NCBI GenBank assembly: GCA_016906335.1
Contig: JADEYG010000012.1
Location: 1,178,001-1,242,000 of the forward strand
DNA: 64,000 bases
Direction: 5' to 3'
Source: Novakomyces olei
Lineage: Eukaryota
Below, piece after piece: positions 23,035-35,345 of the stretch. A program made the position numbers and the translations under genes. The notes beneath the pieces are model-generated. The model was not told the origin of the DNA and ran no database searches. It saw only the letters and a list, made by a program, of their open reading frames with translations. Position 1 is the first letter of the stretch. Each line of letters begins with the position of its first letter.

Positions 23035-23425
23035 TTTTAATCAGGCGACGACGTTCATGGACGTCGATTTTTGGGCGTTTTATTTTAGAAATCTTAAATA
23101 AATAATAATTAATCATTAATCATTAATAATTAATAATTAATAATTAATATTTTAAAATCTACAGAAAAATATACTCATGCGCATATAGCATAAATTATAT
23201 TATGTACGAGATGCGCGTAATTGTACGATAAGCTGATTATCCAAACTGAATCCAATCAAAACTGCTAAACTGCCTCCGAAACAGCTAAAAACCGTCATCT
23301 AAACCTGTCAAAGTCCAACGACATTTGTTCTACAAATTTTCCTTTTTCTTTCTGAGTTCTGAGCCGGTCGGCTTTGTCGGAACGGCTTCCAAAGCCGGGC
23401 GGCGTAAGAAACGCACGCATCCACT

Positions 23426-24717
23426 ATGGAACTCACACGTCGGCAAAAGGTATGCGGAAACGCCTTTGCTTGACTGCTAACAAAAAGCAAATACTTGGAG
23501 GGATAGTGGCTCTTATTTTGATTGTTGCGGGATTAGTGTTTGGCTTAGCTCATCATGCTATTGTGCAGGCTTTGCTACGTAAGAGGACGGTTGATTATTT
23601 AACTTTTTACATTTGAATGCAGGAATATATGAACAAAACGGTACAGTTAATGCTAACATAACTAGCATTTGCTCAACGGATGGTCGATATGCCGGCTGGA
23701 TTTATGTATGATCTATTTGTTTTGATGCACGGTTTTAATCATAAACAGCATTCCCATCGTTTTATTGGCAATAAGTTCGTTCCCTCCACTTTTCGGTCAA
23801 GATGTGGTAGCAATCTGCACTGGATTTATCTGGAAAATTGGCTGGGCGTTTTTGATTGTAACGACTGGGACATTGATCGGTAATTTTTGTCCATTTTCTT
23901 CTTTTCTGATCCGTTCTAGGTGAATCGCTCGTATTTATATCGTTCCGACGCTTCTTTACGGATAGACTCAAGGCGTTTCGCGAACGGCATCGTGATAATT
24001 ATGGAATATTCGTCAGCGTTATTGAGCAGGGCGGATACTCGATGGTGTTTTTTATCCGCATTAGTGCCGTTCCTAGTCATTTTACAACTCTGCTTTTTGC
24101 AAGCATTGACAAGAATATTATTTCTTATCAGGGCTGGCTAGCCACCGCCTTACTCTCCAGCTGGAAAGTGAGTATTACGTGGATTAATTTTTGTTTTTTT
24201 GTTGGTTGTAGATTAATTTTAATTCTAACTTCAGGGACTTATACCCGTTTATGTCGGACACGTATACCGCCAAGGACAAACTTCTGTTGCCGCGACCGTT
24301 TTCCTCCTATTTTCTGCAGTCGTCACACTTGTCGTCTGTGGATATATATATTACCGATACCGGCGCGTGCGTCACGAGCTGGAAACTCAAGGCTTCGTAA
24401 ACGAGGGTTTTAAAATCACGGACGATGACGAAGACGATGAAGACTATGGGTATATCGCCAATGACGATAAGAGCGATGAGGGAAGTCCCAGAAAGGAACC
24501 CGCTGCATCTAGTTTTAGAGGCCAGAAAGAGCTGTTATTCAGCCGGCGGCCAAAGCGTCCGGAATACGTTCCTCTTCGTGCCTCTGAAGACGATGAAGAG
24601 GAGCAAGAATATGGCCATGAAAATGAACAAGCTCAGGGAAAGTCTTCACAAGATCAAAAAGGCACCAGTCCCCGTTCTGAGGCAATTGCCTCTTCGTCTG
24701 GGCCTAGTATAGTCTAG
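23426..24717 (+). CDS. TVP38: DedA/SNARE-associated Golgi membrane protein (Tvp38/TMEM64-like), 6 exons
   Basis: Introns 23450-23487, 23579-23665, 23706-23748, 23880-23919, 24168-24234 give SSFPPLFG...GFIW...GTLI/GESLVF...RISAVPSHFTTLLFA. Confidence 0.75.
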
Positions 24718-25737
24718 AAATTGTAGAAGGGTTGTTTTGCACCATCCTTCAGTGTACGAGCATTGTAATCCTTGCTTGAATCATACTGCTCCCACATACT
24801 AATAGGCCAAATATGCTTGTTTTTTGCGTACCACTCAGTGGTTACAATTTTTGGAAGCATTCGTTCACGGTAATCTTCAGTGCGGAAAGTTGACAGCGAA
24901 CCAGCGTCGGTATCATCAGCCTTGATTGCCTCTTGTGCAACTTTGTCAAACAATTCAAAATCGAAAACAAGTTCGCCTTTAATTTTACATTCGTTAGAGT
25001 AGAAATGAAATAGCTCAAGGTACTATAATTAGCAAACTGCGAAAGATACAAATGCGGAGGCATAAGCTTACATTGGGAATCATCATATTGTTTACACAAA
25101 ATATGAGTCTGTCTGGGTCCGTCCGCGATATCCGATCAAAGCATAGACGTGCCTTCATCAGCAATTTCTCCACTGAATCTCCATATTTAATAGTAAGAAT
25201 TGCTGTTTCTTTGCGAGAGCCATACATGACAATCGGAATTTTTTGTCGCTGCTGCCTTATAAGTTCAGCATTTCCGGCACGAGCCAATTCTTGCTCGCTT
25301 TTTTGCACTGTCCGTTCACCACGTGACTGCAGGAAAGAAGTATCGAGCGAAGGATCCTTCCGTATACGCTTTTTATTGCTATTAGTGTTATTGCGAATAT
25401 TAATATCGTTTTCCATAACGGACTCGCCATCGTCTGCGTCGGCAGCAAACGATAAAGTGGCGCGTTTGCGCGCTGCTGCGGCTGAAGACCGAGCGAATCT
25501 GCTTTTTGCAGTATCAGAGACTGGTTCCGGCTTCCTCGCCTGCTCTTGAGCTAGCCGATCTCGAATAGCTCGAAACTCGTCTAACCGAACAAGCCCGACT
25601 GTTTGCTGCCGTAAAAGGTCTTCAACATCAGCCTTATCGACGGCCGTTGAGCCCGTATCAGATGAGCCATTCGCGCGACGACGATCGAGACTATCTGTGT
25701 CCTGTGTAGATTTTTCAAAGCGCTTCTTTTGCGTCAT
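24714..25737 (-). CDS. XAP5: FAM50/XAP5 family protein
   Basis: LRQQTVGLVRLDEF, LSFA, KDPSLDTSFL, KIVTTEWYAKNKHIWPISMWEQYD; intron 25023-25071. Confidence 0.88.
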
Positions 25738-25929
25738 TCTCCTGCTCCTCTTTACGCTTAATTTCTAATTAATAAAGCTCATTCCCCATACATTATCAAA
25801 GCCATTTATTCGTTAATTTTTGTATTTCATTTAATTCATATTCATTATATTCTTTATATTCTCAATATTCTTTATATTCTTTATATTCTTTATATTCTTT
25901 ATATTCATTATATTTGTTTGCTCAGGTTT

Positions 25930-26644
25930 ATGGACGAGCTGAAATCGGAGTGGACCGTGCTCGACCGTTTAGCGCACAGACACAAGAACCAGCACAGACA
26001 GGCTATTTGGTGGCGATCTCTTTCTCAGCACAGACGGCTTCTGGGCTCAATAATAAGTGATGAGACTGGCAGCCAAGAGGCTCGAGCCCGCTTGCTTGCC
26101 CTCATTCCGCTGTTCTACTCGTAAGCTTAAACTTGAAACGCTTGGACTTGGAAACCTTAAACTTGAAAAGCTTTTGCTAAACTAACCCAGAAAATACTCG
26201 CAAATAATCCATGCCGGTCAGTACCCTTCGCTTGGGATTGTATTGCTTGCCTGTGTCGCGCGAACTTGGGCTTTAGTGCGAGCATTGGACGAGGAAGACG
26301 AGGGGAAAGAGGCAAAAAGCGCAGAGCAACACGAAGATGTAGGGTTGCCATTCCACGACGCTGGCATTGATGGCGCAGTGGGATCGTACAGCGATGAGTT
26401 ACTCGGCAATTTTTCCCCAAATTTAAATGAGCCGGGACGAATTTCGAGCACTGCTGCCACACACGAATCGGCACAGCCCAATGATGCGCTCAAATTTGCA
26501 CGCGTGAACGAATCGGCCGGTATTGACGCGCGACATATTCGCCGCAAAGCTGCTGCATTGGAGCAAGAAACTCAGAAACCAAAAAAGCACAAGAAAAAGA
26601 AGCGGCGTCAAGAGCGAGACGAAATCGACGATATATTCGCCTAG
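25930..26644 (+). CDS. RMP1: RNase MRP subunit Rmp1
   Basis: LAHRHKNQHRQAIWW; intron 26121-26190; GQYPSLGIVLLACVAR; C-terminal KKKKR...IDDIFA. Confidence 0.8.
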
Positions 26645-26876
26645 ATTGTCTTTCTCTTACAGCCGACATTAATGCTGAAACGGCACGGCTATTGCCTTGA
26701 ATTGGAGTCTGTAAATGTACATATTTAGCGATTATTAATGAGTATAATGAATGATACATTCTAAAAACACAAATATACTCTACTCGTGATCTTATTCTCT
26801 GTAAACCAATTCTTTCAAACAAGTTACTCATTGCTCTTTCTATAAAGCCGTCTCCTGTTCTAATCCATTTCCTGGT

Positions 26877-27770
26877 CTAATCGTAGCCGTCATGGAACAA
26901 CGGCACGCCCCAGTTTGGTGACACAAAGCGCTGGCGCGTAGTAATCGCGTTGATGGCCTTTACATCCGCGTCCGACAGATCAACAATCTTCAAGTTTTGG
27001 ATAATGCGTTCCGCCGTCACTGACTTTGGAAGCACAACCCACCCTGTGGCCACGCTCCATGACAGCAGTATAGTGGCAATCGACTGCTTGGTATGAGCAG
27101 AAACTGCTTTTAGAACCTCGTCCTGATACAGTGTGGAGTCGGTAGAGCCCAATGGCGAATAAGCCTCCAAGACGATACCCTTGGTGTCGCAAAATGACTT
27201 GAGCTTGGTCTGAGGCAAGTATGGGTGACGCTCTACCTGGTTGCAAGCGGGCACAACGCTAGCGGATTTAAGCAATTCCTCCAATTGCTCAGTGCTAAAG
27301 TTGCTGACACCAATAGCACGCACCTTCTCCTTTGGCAACTTTTCCATGAGCTTCCAAGAGTCTACGTAAGACCAGTCAGTTAGCACGTCACGAGTGCCAT
27401 CTGGGCGCAATGGGATCAGGTCACCAGAGGCCGGATTTAGGGGAACAGGCCAATGCATCAAGTACAGATCAACGTACTCAAGGCCCAACTTGTCCAAAGA
27501 CCCTTGCAGTCCCTTGAGTGGATCCTGGTGCATTGTACCCCACAGTTTTGTGGTCACAAAGATTTCGGAGCGTGGCACACCCGACTCGCGGATACCGGCT
27601 CCCACTTCGTCCTCGTTTTTGTACATAAACGCGCAGTCAATGTGGCGGTACCCCGCCTTAAGCGCATCGCGCACTGCCACACGCACTTGGTCCGGCTTTG
27701 ACTGCCATGTGCCGAGTCCCACAGAGGGAATTGAAGCGCCTGTGTTCAATTTGAAGCTGGTAGTAACCAT
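26877..27770 (-). CDS. Aldo-keto reductase (GCY1/YPR1-like)
   Basis: LNTGASIPSVGLGTW, GYRHIDCA, DLYLMHWP, IGVSNF, AYSPLG, LPKS; likely start MVTTSF at 27770. Confidence 0.93.
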   Translation of the reverse strand: MVTTSFKLNTGASIPSVGLGTWQSKPDQVRVAVRDALKAGYRHIDCAFMYKNEDEVGAGIRESGVPRSEIFVTTKLWGTMHQDPLKGLQGSLDKLGLEYVDLYLMHWPVPLNPASGDLIPLRPDGTRDVLTDWSYVDSWKLMEKLPKEKVRAIGVSNFSTEQLEELLKSASVVPACNQVERHPYLPQTKLKSFCDTKGIVLEAYSPLGSTDSTLYQDEVLKAVSAHTKQSIATILLSWSVATGWVVLPKSVTAERIIQNLKIVDLSDADVKAINAITTRQRFVSPNWGVPLFHDGYD

Positions 27771-28570
27771 TTTGCTGGACTCGAACTGTTTGCTTTGTGT
27801 AGAGTGACATAGTCGAGACAAGCGTCCTCGTTCCTTTATACCATATCGCGAACACGGGATGAATGGTGGGATGGGATAGGTTTATATGTTATATTATAGC
27901 GTTATGTAATAATAGGCAGTCTCAGTATTGATTGGCAAAAGGCGTAAAGTTGGGGAAAAGAGTAAATTATGAATTGCTATATACAGACAAGCAGGGTTTT
28001 TTGTCGGTGACAGATGGCCTTTAGGCACTTCGTATTGGATATAGAAATCAAAATTCCTGGTGTAAATTGAATTTATTGTGAAAACAAAATAATTGCCCTC
28101 TTTATTGGAGCCATGAACTGAATTCATGTTGAGGATACATACAGTTTTTATGGTTTTCACGGGTTTCATGGTTTTAGATCCTTGGTTGTACGCAACGACG
28201 CACGGTATAGTTTTTATGGACACTAGTTGAATAGATTTGGCCGGTTTACTATGCAAACCAAGTATGTTTTGAGTTTGCTCAATGCGCTATTCCCACTTGA
28301 ACATTTTTGTAGATGTGTCTCAATTAGGACCAAACGGCAGTCCGGATTTTTTACGTGTAAACTGGCAACGCTGCATTTAAATTAATCTACGTGATTGATA
28401 GCGTCACGTGCGACGTGCGTAACAGACGCAGTTCCTTTTATTTCATACCGTCTCATTTTCAGCGAGCAATCAGCCGATTGTTCTCCAATTTTTCTACTTG
28501 TTTCATATAGTAAATGAATTTATATAAACAGTACGTAAACACAAAACCATCCATACCCTATCTATCGGAA

Positions 28571-29260
28571 ATGGCCTACGAGCTCTATTACTGGCCTGGT
28601 TTTCCAGGCCGAGGAGAACCGATTAGACTGGCATTTGAGGTCAGCGGGACGGCCTTCCGAGAGATCAATGATATCGAGACTCTGCAAAAGACTCTAAAGT
28701 CGGCACCGACATCGTTCGCGGTCCCGGCACTACGTCACGGAAATTTGGTATTGGGCCAAATGCCGGCAATCCTGGCGTACCTTGGACCCAAACTAGGGCT
28801 CGTTCCGGACGACGAGGAAATCAAGGCTAAGGTGCTACAACAACTACTGACGGTGTGTGACGTCATTGACGAGGCCCACGACACACACCACCCTATTGAC
28901 GTGGGCGCCACATACGAAGAGCAGAAAGCTCCTGCTCTGGAACGCGCCCATGCATTCGCGACACAACGCCTACCCGCGTTCTTCAATTACTTTCACCGCG
29001 TGATAGAAGCAAACTTGCCCTCACACTTTCTCTGTACCTCGGAGCCTTCGTATGCAGACTTGGCCTTTTTTTTCCTAGTTGAAGGTTTGCGTTTTGCATT
29101 TCCAAAAGCTACGGCAAGAGCGGAAAAGGACGCTCCTTTGGTTACAGCTTGCCACGACGCTGTGCTTGCGATTGATCGTGTACACGACTATTGGACGAGC
29201 AGCCGCCGTCGGCCCTTTTCCAATGGCATTTTCCGTCATTACCCTGAACTGGACGTCTAG
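28571..29260 (+). CDS. Glutathione S-transferase
   Basis: MAYELYYWPGFPGRGEPIRLA, Q-AILAYL, EAHDTHHP, SYADL, GIFRHYPELD; intronless. Confidence 0.88.
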   Translation: MAYELYYWPGFPGRGEPIRLAFEVSGTAFREINDIETLQKTLKSAPTSFAVPALRHGNLVLGQMPAILAYLGPKLGLVPDDEEIKAKVLQQLLTVCDVIDEAHDTHHPIDVGATYEEQKAPALERAHAFATQRLPAFFNYFHRVIEANLPSHFLCTSEPSYADLAFFFLVEGLRFAFPKATARAEKDAPLVTACHDAVLAIDRVHDYWTSSRRRPFSNGIFRHYPELDV

Positions 29261-29830
29261 CTGGCGGAAAGCGTTTGGTACATATTGCGAGGGAAAGCGT
29301 AACTCAAATTAGAAAGGAAGAGACCAGTTAATATTGAGGCGGCAAGTAATTTTTATTATTCATATGCCGGCGCATTGCTCAATGAAATTAAATAAATAGA
29401 CTGCGCAAATTATAGAGACCAATATAATAGTAAAAGCACGTATAAGTGCAAAGGTATTTTCACCCCTAAGACTCTTACATTGCTTGTGTTCTTTTCGCTT
29501 TCCCTATCCGTGTCATCATGTTCTTATCCCCGGTTACTTTGAATTGTAAAGTAACGCTATAGCCAAACTGAGGCTTAAATTCGCCTGTCAAACCTACGGG
29601 AAATAATAGCACGCAACAGCACAGCAAACAATCAGAATTGCCTCGCAAAACAATCAATTGTTCGCCCTCTGACTTGCTCTACTGTCCGCTGAGGCCGGAT
29701 TATTAGCCTCTGGTGACATCTGCCCACCCTGTTTTCCAACCAGTTACCTTCAAGCCACCATCCGTTCAATAGCAAGAACGGAGGCTCAGAAGCGAGTCCT
29801 GATCTACCGCGGCATTAATCCACTATTGCC

Positions 29831-31408
29831 ATGACTATTCAAGAACCAAATGTGTTGCCGCACGTAGCTGTGCAGTCGGATACAGTCGATTATAGTCGCG
29901 AATATATCCGCTCACGCTACCGCTACGAAAGTGCAAGAGTCGAGACAACGCTGCCAGAGTCGGACACAAAAGATGGACGTCCAGCGTTACGCGTCATTCC
30001 AACAACGCGTAACATCGAGTTTCGTACGGGTCGGGATCCCGCACGAACCGGCCTCATGATGGTGGGATGGGGCGGTAATAATGGCACTACACTGACGGCA
30101 GCAATTCTGGCCAACCGTGCGCGACTCCACTTTCAAACACGTCGTGGTGAACAGGGTGCAAATTATTTTGGTTCCGTCACTCAGGCGGCCACAATACAAC
30201 TCGGCCTGGACTCGAATGGCAAAGATGTATACTCGCCTTTGAAAAGTCTTGTCCCCTTGTTGGAACCTGACGATCTTGTCCTCGGCGGATGGGATATTTC
30301 TAGTGCAAATCTCTCTGTCGCAATGGACAGGGCGGCCGTTTTGGAGCCGGATTTGAAGCGTCAAGTGGCAAAACAAATGGCAGGAATGAAACCTTTGCCT
30401 TCAATTTACTACCCTGATTTTATTGCCTCGAATCAGAGCGCTAGAGCGGATAATGTCTTGCCGGGCGTGAGTAAACAGGATCATTTGGATCGCGTTCGAC
30501 AGGACATTCGTCAATTTAAAGCCGAAAATGATTTGAGCAAAATTGTCGTCGTTTGGACCGCCAGCACTGAGCGATATGCAGATATTATCACTGGCGTTAA
30601 CGACAGCGCTGATGCCCTGCTCCATAGTATTCGCTCCGATCATGCAGAAGTTGCCCCGAGTACCATTTTTGCAGTTGCTTGCATCCTTGAAGGTGCCATT
30701 TTCATAAACGGCTCTCCACAAAACACATTTGTCCCGGGCTGCATTGCCTTAGCCGAGCAGCATGGCGCTCTTATTGCTGGGGATGATTTTAAAAGCGGTC
30801 AAACTAAAATAAAGAGCGTTCTTGCCCAGTTTTTGGTGGACGCTGGTATAAAACCGCTGGCGATTGCTTCTTACAATCACCTGGGCAACAATGACGGCCA
30901 TAATCTGCACGAGCAAAAGCAGTTTCGATCAAAAGAGATCAGCAAAAGCAGTGTAGTGGACGATGTGATTGCAAACAATAGCATACTTTATGGCCAAGAT
31001 CCTCACATTGATCATTGTGTTGTCATAAAGTATATGCCGGCTGTGGGTGACACTAAAGTTGCCATGGATTCCTACGAAAATGAAATACTTTTGGGTGGAA
31101 GAAATACGATTACCATCAACACGGTGTGTGAGGATTCGCTGCTTGCTAGTGCGCTCATTATTGATCTGGTTGTAGTGGCTGAACTGTTTTCTCGTGTTTC
31201 TTACCGCACACAGCCACACGGAGAATTTTCCGGGTTTCATTCTGTGCTTGGAGTTTTGAGCTACTGGCTCAAAGCACCGTTGGTTCGGCCCGGGTGCCCT
31301 GTAGTAAATGGTCTGCATAAGCAACGTACTGGCCTCGAGAATATTTTGCGTGCTCTTGTTGGTCTCCCGGCCCAGAATGAAATGCGTCTCGAGGAGAAGC
31401 TGTGGTAG
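29831..31408 (+). CDS. INO1: myo-inositol-1-phosphate synthase
   Basis: GWGGNNG, WTASTER, NGSPQNTFVPG, SYNHLGNNDG motifs. Confidence 0.97.
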   Translation: MTIQEPNVLPHVAVQSDTVDYSREYIRSRYRYESARVETTLPESDTKDGRPALRVIPTTRNIEFRTGRDPARTGLMMVGWGGNNGTTLTAAILANRARLHFQTRRGEQGANYFGSVTQAATIQLGLDSNGKDVYSPLKSLVPLLEPDDLVLGGWDISSANLSVAMDRAAVLEPDLKRQVAKQMAGMKPLPSIYYPDFIASNQSARADNVLPGVSKQDHLDRVRQDIRQFKAENDLSKIVVVWTASTERYADIITGVNDSADALLHSIRSDHAEVAPSTIFAVACILEGAIFINGSPQNTFVPGCIALAEQHGALIAGDDFKSGQTKIKSVLAQFLVDAGIKPLAIASYNHLGNNDGHNLHEQKQFRSKEISKSSVVDDVIANNSILYGQDPHIDHCVVIKYMPAVGDTKVAMDSYENEILLGGRNTITINTVCEDSLLASALIIDLVVVAELFSRVSYRTQPHGEFSGFHSVLGVLSYWLKAPLVRPGCPVVNGLHKQRTGLENILRALVGLPAQNEMRLEEKLW

Positions 31409-31780
31409 TTGCCCCCAGACGACTGAGACGAAGGTTCAAAAACAAAAATAAAAATAAAAAATGATGATAATAGAAAACGAGTTAAAAAAAACCACACACA
31501 ATTCCTGGTTCGAAGCGCTCTCCTCTTGGCAGCTCAACCTGCCCCTTGATCGATTTATGACCGATATTTGACATAGTGTTCTTAATATAATGTGTTCAAC
31601 CGCAGCAAAGCGTCTTGACATTAAAATAACGGCATTCGTATACGTTGCTTTATTAAGGCCTCATTAAGGCCTCACTCATTATGTAAGCACAACTACATCT
31701 ATATCACTAGAACAGGAGACTGTGATACAATGGTATTAGGAGACGCTTTCAAACGCGGTAAAAAACTTTATACTAAACTG

Positions 31781-32230
31781 TCACCTCTTTTGTGGCGTAA
31801 TAAACCGGTCCACACAGTATGTAAGTGCCGCGGTGTACCCGTAAACGCCGAGCCCAGCAATAACGGCGACCGCCTTATCAGAGAGGTACGAATGATGCCG
31901 GAAAGCCTCACGTGAATGAACGTTAGAGATATGAACTTCAATAAACGGGATCGCAACGCCAGATAAAGCGTCGCGTATAGCAACACTTGTATGAGTGTAT
32001 GCGCCGGCATTAATAATAATGGCACGGCAATCCTCGTTTCGTGCTTGTTGAATACGATCAACAATGCCGCCCTCCCAGTTTGATTGGAAAAACGCAACAT
32101 CGGCCCCCAATTCTTTGCCTCGAGCACTTAACCCATTTTCCACGTCTGCCAGTGTGGCGGCGCCGTAAATTCCGGGTTCACGGGTGCCCAGCAAGTTTAA
32201 ATTGGGCCCATTCACCACGAGAATTGACAT
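31781..32230 (-). CDS. DQD1: Type II 3-dehydroquinate dehydratase (AroQ/QutE family)
   Basis: [54 protein letters not shown]. Confidence 0.93.
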   Translation of the reverse strand: MSILVVNGPNLNLLGTREPGIYGAATLADVENGLSARGKELGADVAFFQSNWEGGIVDRIQQARNEDCRAIIINAGAYTHTSVAIRDALSGVAIPFIEVHISNVHSREAFRHHSYLSDKAVAVIAGLGVYGYTAALTYCVDRFITPQKR

Positions 32231-32449
32231 GATTGCCGTGTATCTCTGGAGAATAGTTTATACATTATTAAATTATTTTGGAGGTTTGCTTGAGGATAGT
32301 GAAATGATTAGGATTAGTTAGGGTTTGTCGATAACGTACACATAATATAATTATACTACTATATTCTAATATTATGATATATCATAATATAGTATTACAA
32401 CACTCGAAAATCGGTATGGTAATATTATTGGAGAATCAAGGATGAAAGC

Positions 32450-33940
32450 ATGCAGGACCGAGTGCTTTTACTGTGCAAAGCTTCCAATGTAAAAAAATAC
32501 AAAACAGCGCTCGAGTCTTTTGGCCTACGTGATCGGAATATTGCAATTCGGCCACGTGAAAATGACTGGTTTACAATCACGGCGGCACAAGGCGTTTCTG
32601 CCAGTGACGTAGAGGCAGTGATTGGCACCGGTAATGCTGAGGCTCGAGTAGGCATTGAAGCAATTGAAACTGCTTCTGCGTCAGTGACCCAGCAGCCTTT
32701 AAGGAGGGCAATTGCAGCCGCCGTTTCAGACCCGCCTATGGAACTCTTGACGTTGCCGCGGTACCATCTACAACGGCCGTTATTGATTATGGCAGAGACA
32801 GCGTTTCGCGGTCCTCCTTGGGACGCGGTTCTCAGCGACGCGTCGCGACGCGACGCGTTATACTCGGCGATTGCGGAGCAATTACACGTAACCCATATTG
32901 CAAGGAAAGCGCCTATTCCTAATTCTGCGGATAACCAGCAACGCCGGCCACTACGGCTTGAACGCTTGTACGGGGATTTCGGTGGCGATACTTTTGCGTC
33001 TGCTTTTTGGGTCAGTTTTGTAGAGAATGGAGTATGCCAGGTCTATGCGCCCTTGTACACCATGGCTTCTCGAGGAAATGGTATTTTGCAAATCTTCATC
33101 TCGAAAAAGTCTATCGAGAATGCAAAGGGAAAGCATACTAAAAATTTGAGCAAAAAAAAAAAAGAAAAAAAAAGAAAAGAAAAAAGAAAAAAAAAAGAAA
33201 ATTATTATTTAAATATATTTTAAAAATGAATATTACTAAATGAATTAAACAAAATTAAAATGAACAAATTGGATTGAACAAAACTAAATTAAAAGAACGC
33301 CATCTTTTTGAAGGAGTGACTCGTGTTAACTAACGTATATTTAGTGACGGAAAAGACCCGTATTTCCCAACTACAAAATGTAAAGAATGAAATAGTGGTT
33401 GATTTATTTTGCGGCATCGGGTATTTCGTGTTTCCCTATCTTCGTGCGGGTGCTCGACGCGTTTATGGCTGGGATTTGAGTCCTTGGAGTATTGAAGGCT
33501 TAAAACGAGGTGCGCATCAAAACGGCTACACTGTTGGAGAGGATATAGTTTTATTTAATGAAAATAATGAAAATTCTGTTCAGCGTATGGCCACATTAGT
33601 TCCTGAGGGGGCAAGCCATATAAACTTGGGGCTAATTCCAACAAGTCGAACTGCCTGGCGTTTGGGTTGTGCCTTGTTGCACAAAAAACGAGGGGGGTGG
33701 CTACACATCCACGAGACAGTTCTACAGGAAAAAGGTGAGCGTATTGAAACGGCAATGGATCGTTTTGCTCATCAAGCGATTGAAAAAGGAATCCTTGACG
33801 AGCTGAGAGCAACTCAACTAGGAAACTGGAAGATTGCGGGTTTGTCAGCACACCGTGTGAAGAATTACGCGCCTAAACTCGTACACGTTGTCTACGATGT
33901 GAAGTGCGTTCCAGAATCTCTCCCATCTTGCAGCGTTTAG
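32450..33940 (+). CDS. TRM12: tRNA wybutosine-synthesizing protein 2 (Trm12/Tyw2)
   Basis: ENGVCQVYAPLYTMASRGN/VTEKTRI across intron 33081-33344; VVDLFCGIGYF, HINLGLIPTS, GGWLHIHE, VKNYAP. Confidence 0.88.
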
Positions 33941-34244
33941 GCAGGGTGTTGTAATTTTTTGGCAAATTTAGACGCCGATATACACTGAAGAATCTCGATA
34001 ATGAACACTAACATTTCAAACTATGCTGCAAATGTTTTTGAGCCTTGCAGGTATGATTGAATAGCAACATTAAAATTTATAGTCTCATATGTGTTACCCA
34101 AATCAAATGAAGACGGGAATAAATAAACAAAATAAACAAATCATTCAGGTGACAACTTTTACATATGCGTAGGCATTTACTCATACCAGTCTTGAGACTG
34201 CTGTTTTGTAATGTGCTTTAGTCTGGCCGACAAAGCGTTCGTCG

Positions 34245-34928
34245 CTACAAATGCTGACGGTATTTTCTCGGGATATTGCGTAGAGGATCCTGGGCTTGGC
34301 CGGGTTCAACCCCCCCATGATACCGTTCATTATGACTCCGGAAATGCGCAATATCCTCTATTCATATAAGCGTGCTGTCAGCCTTTCAGGCGCTCTTACC
34401 TGGATGATCCCAGTACTCCTCAGGAGGACCGTCGGGATCTGAGTGGAATTTTGCCACATGATGCAAATCAAACTCGAGTTCTTCGTCGCCGTGGTGTCCA
34501 GGCAGCCCCAGATCTGGCAGAGTGCCTCCGCCACGTCGGAATTCGAGCCATTGCTCCATTGTAATTACGCCTTGCGCGTTGGGTGGCAGAATCGCGTAAA
34601 TAGCCTCCTGAACCGCGCGACGCGTTTGCTCCGATGCGCCTGGACGCTCAACGCCATAAAGAGCGCGTACATCTGACGCAGCCCAAGTATTGTCGTTATT
34701 CAAGTCGTGGATTTTGAAAAAGCTTTCTGTTCCATTGTGATTAGACTTTAAAGGATAGTGGCACGAAAGAATTAAAATAGCCTTACTGTCATCAAACGCT
34801 TCGATAGCATGCTCTGCTTGCCTAAATATATTAGAAAAGATTTGAGAAATCGTTGTGTACATGTGCGTTTGCATCCAGTCTGCGCGAACAAGCGCGAGCA
34901 GCGTAAATGCCCACAGACGTCGAAGCAT
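34245..34928 (-). CDS. SSP120: Secretory-pathway EF-hand protein Ssp120 (MCFD2-like)
   Basis: Signal peptide; introns 34822-34860, 34727-34786, 34358-34399 give WMQTHMQAEH..FDDKSFFKIHD..GLPGHHGDEELEFDLHHVAKFH..HP/EDIAHFRSH..NIPRKY. Confidence 0.85.
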
Positions 34929-35345
34929 TATGGCACTGTCTTTACGATTGTCGCTTTTAGCATGCTTCTATTTAATATTTAATAGTATTAATATTAATAG
35001 TATCAAGACAATCTCGGCTGACATAAGCTGCGACACAGATTGATATTAAATAAGCATTTTGCTATATCTTCTATTCGTAAAAGTAATTTTGAAAGGAGTA
35101 CTGTATGAAGCTACATCAAATATACTTAAAAAGTCAGTTACAAGATAAACATGGATGATGCTAGAGATAAAAGGCAAATTCAAAGAGATCGAGCCTCTCC
35201 GACTCTGCCTCTGTTGGCTCGTCGAAATCTACAGAATAAAAAAGTATTCAAACTGTCCCCGTACTATCCTACACAAGTATTACGCAGCATAACGACCAGG
35301 CGTACATGGAAACTGTTTGCTAATGCTCAATTGACTAGTAAAAGC

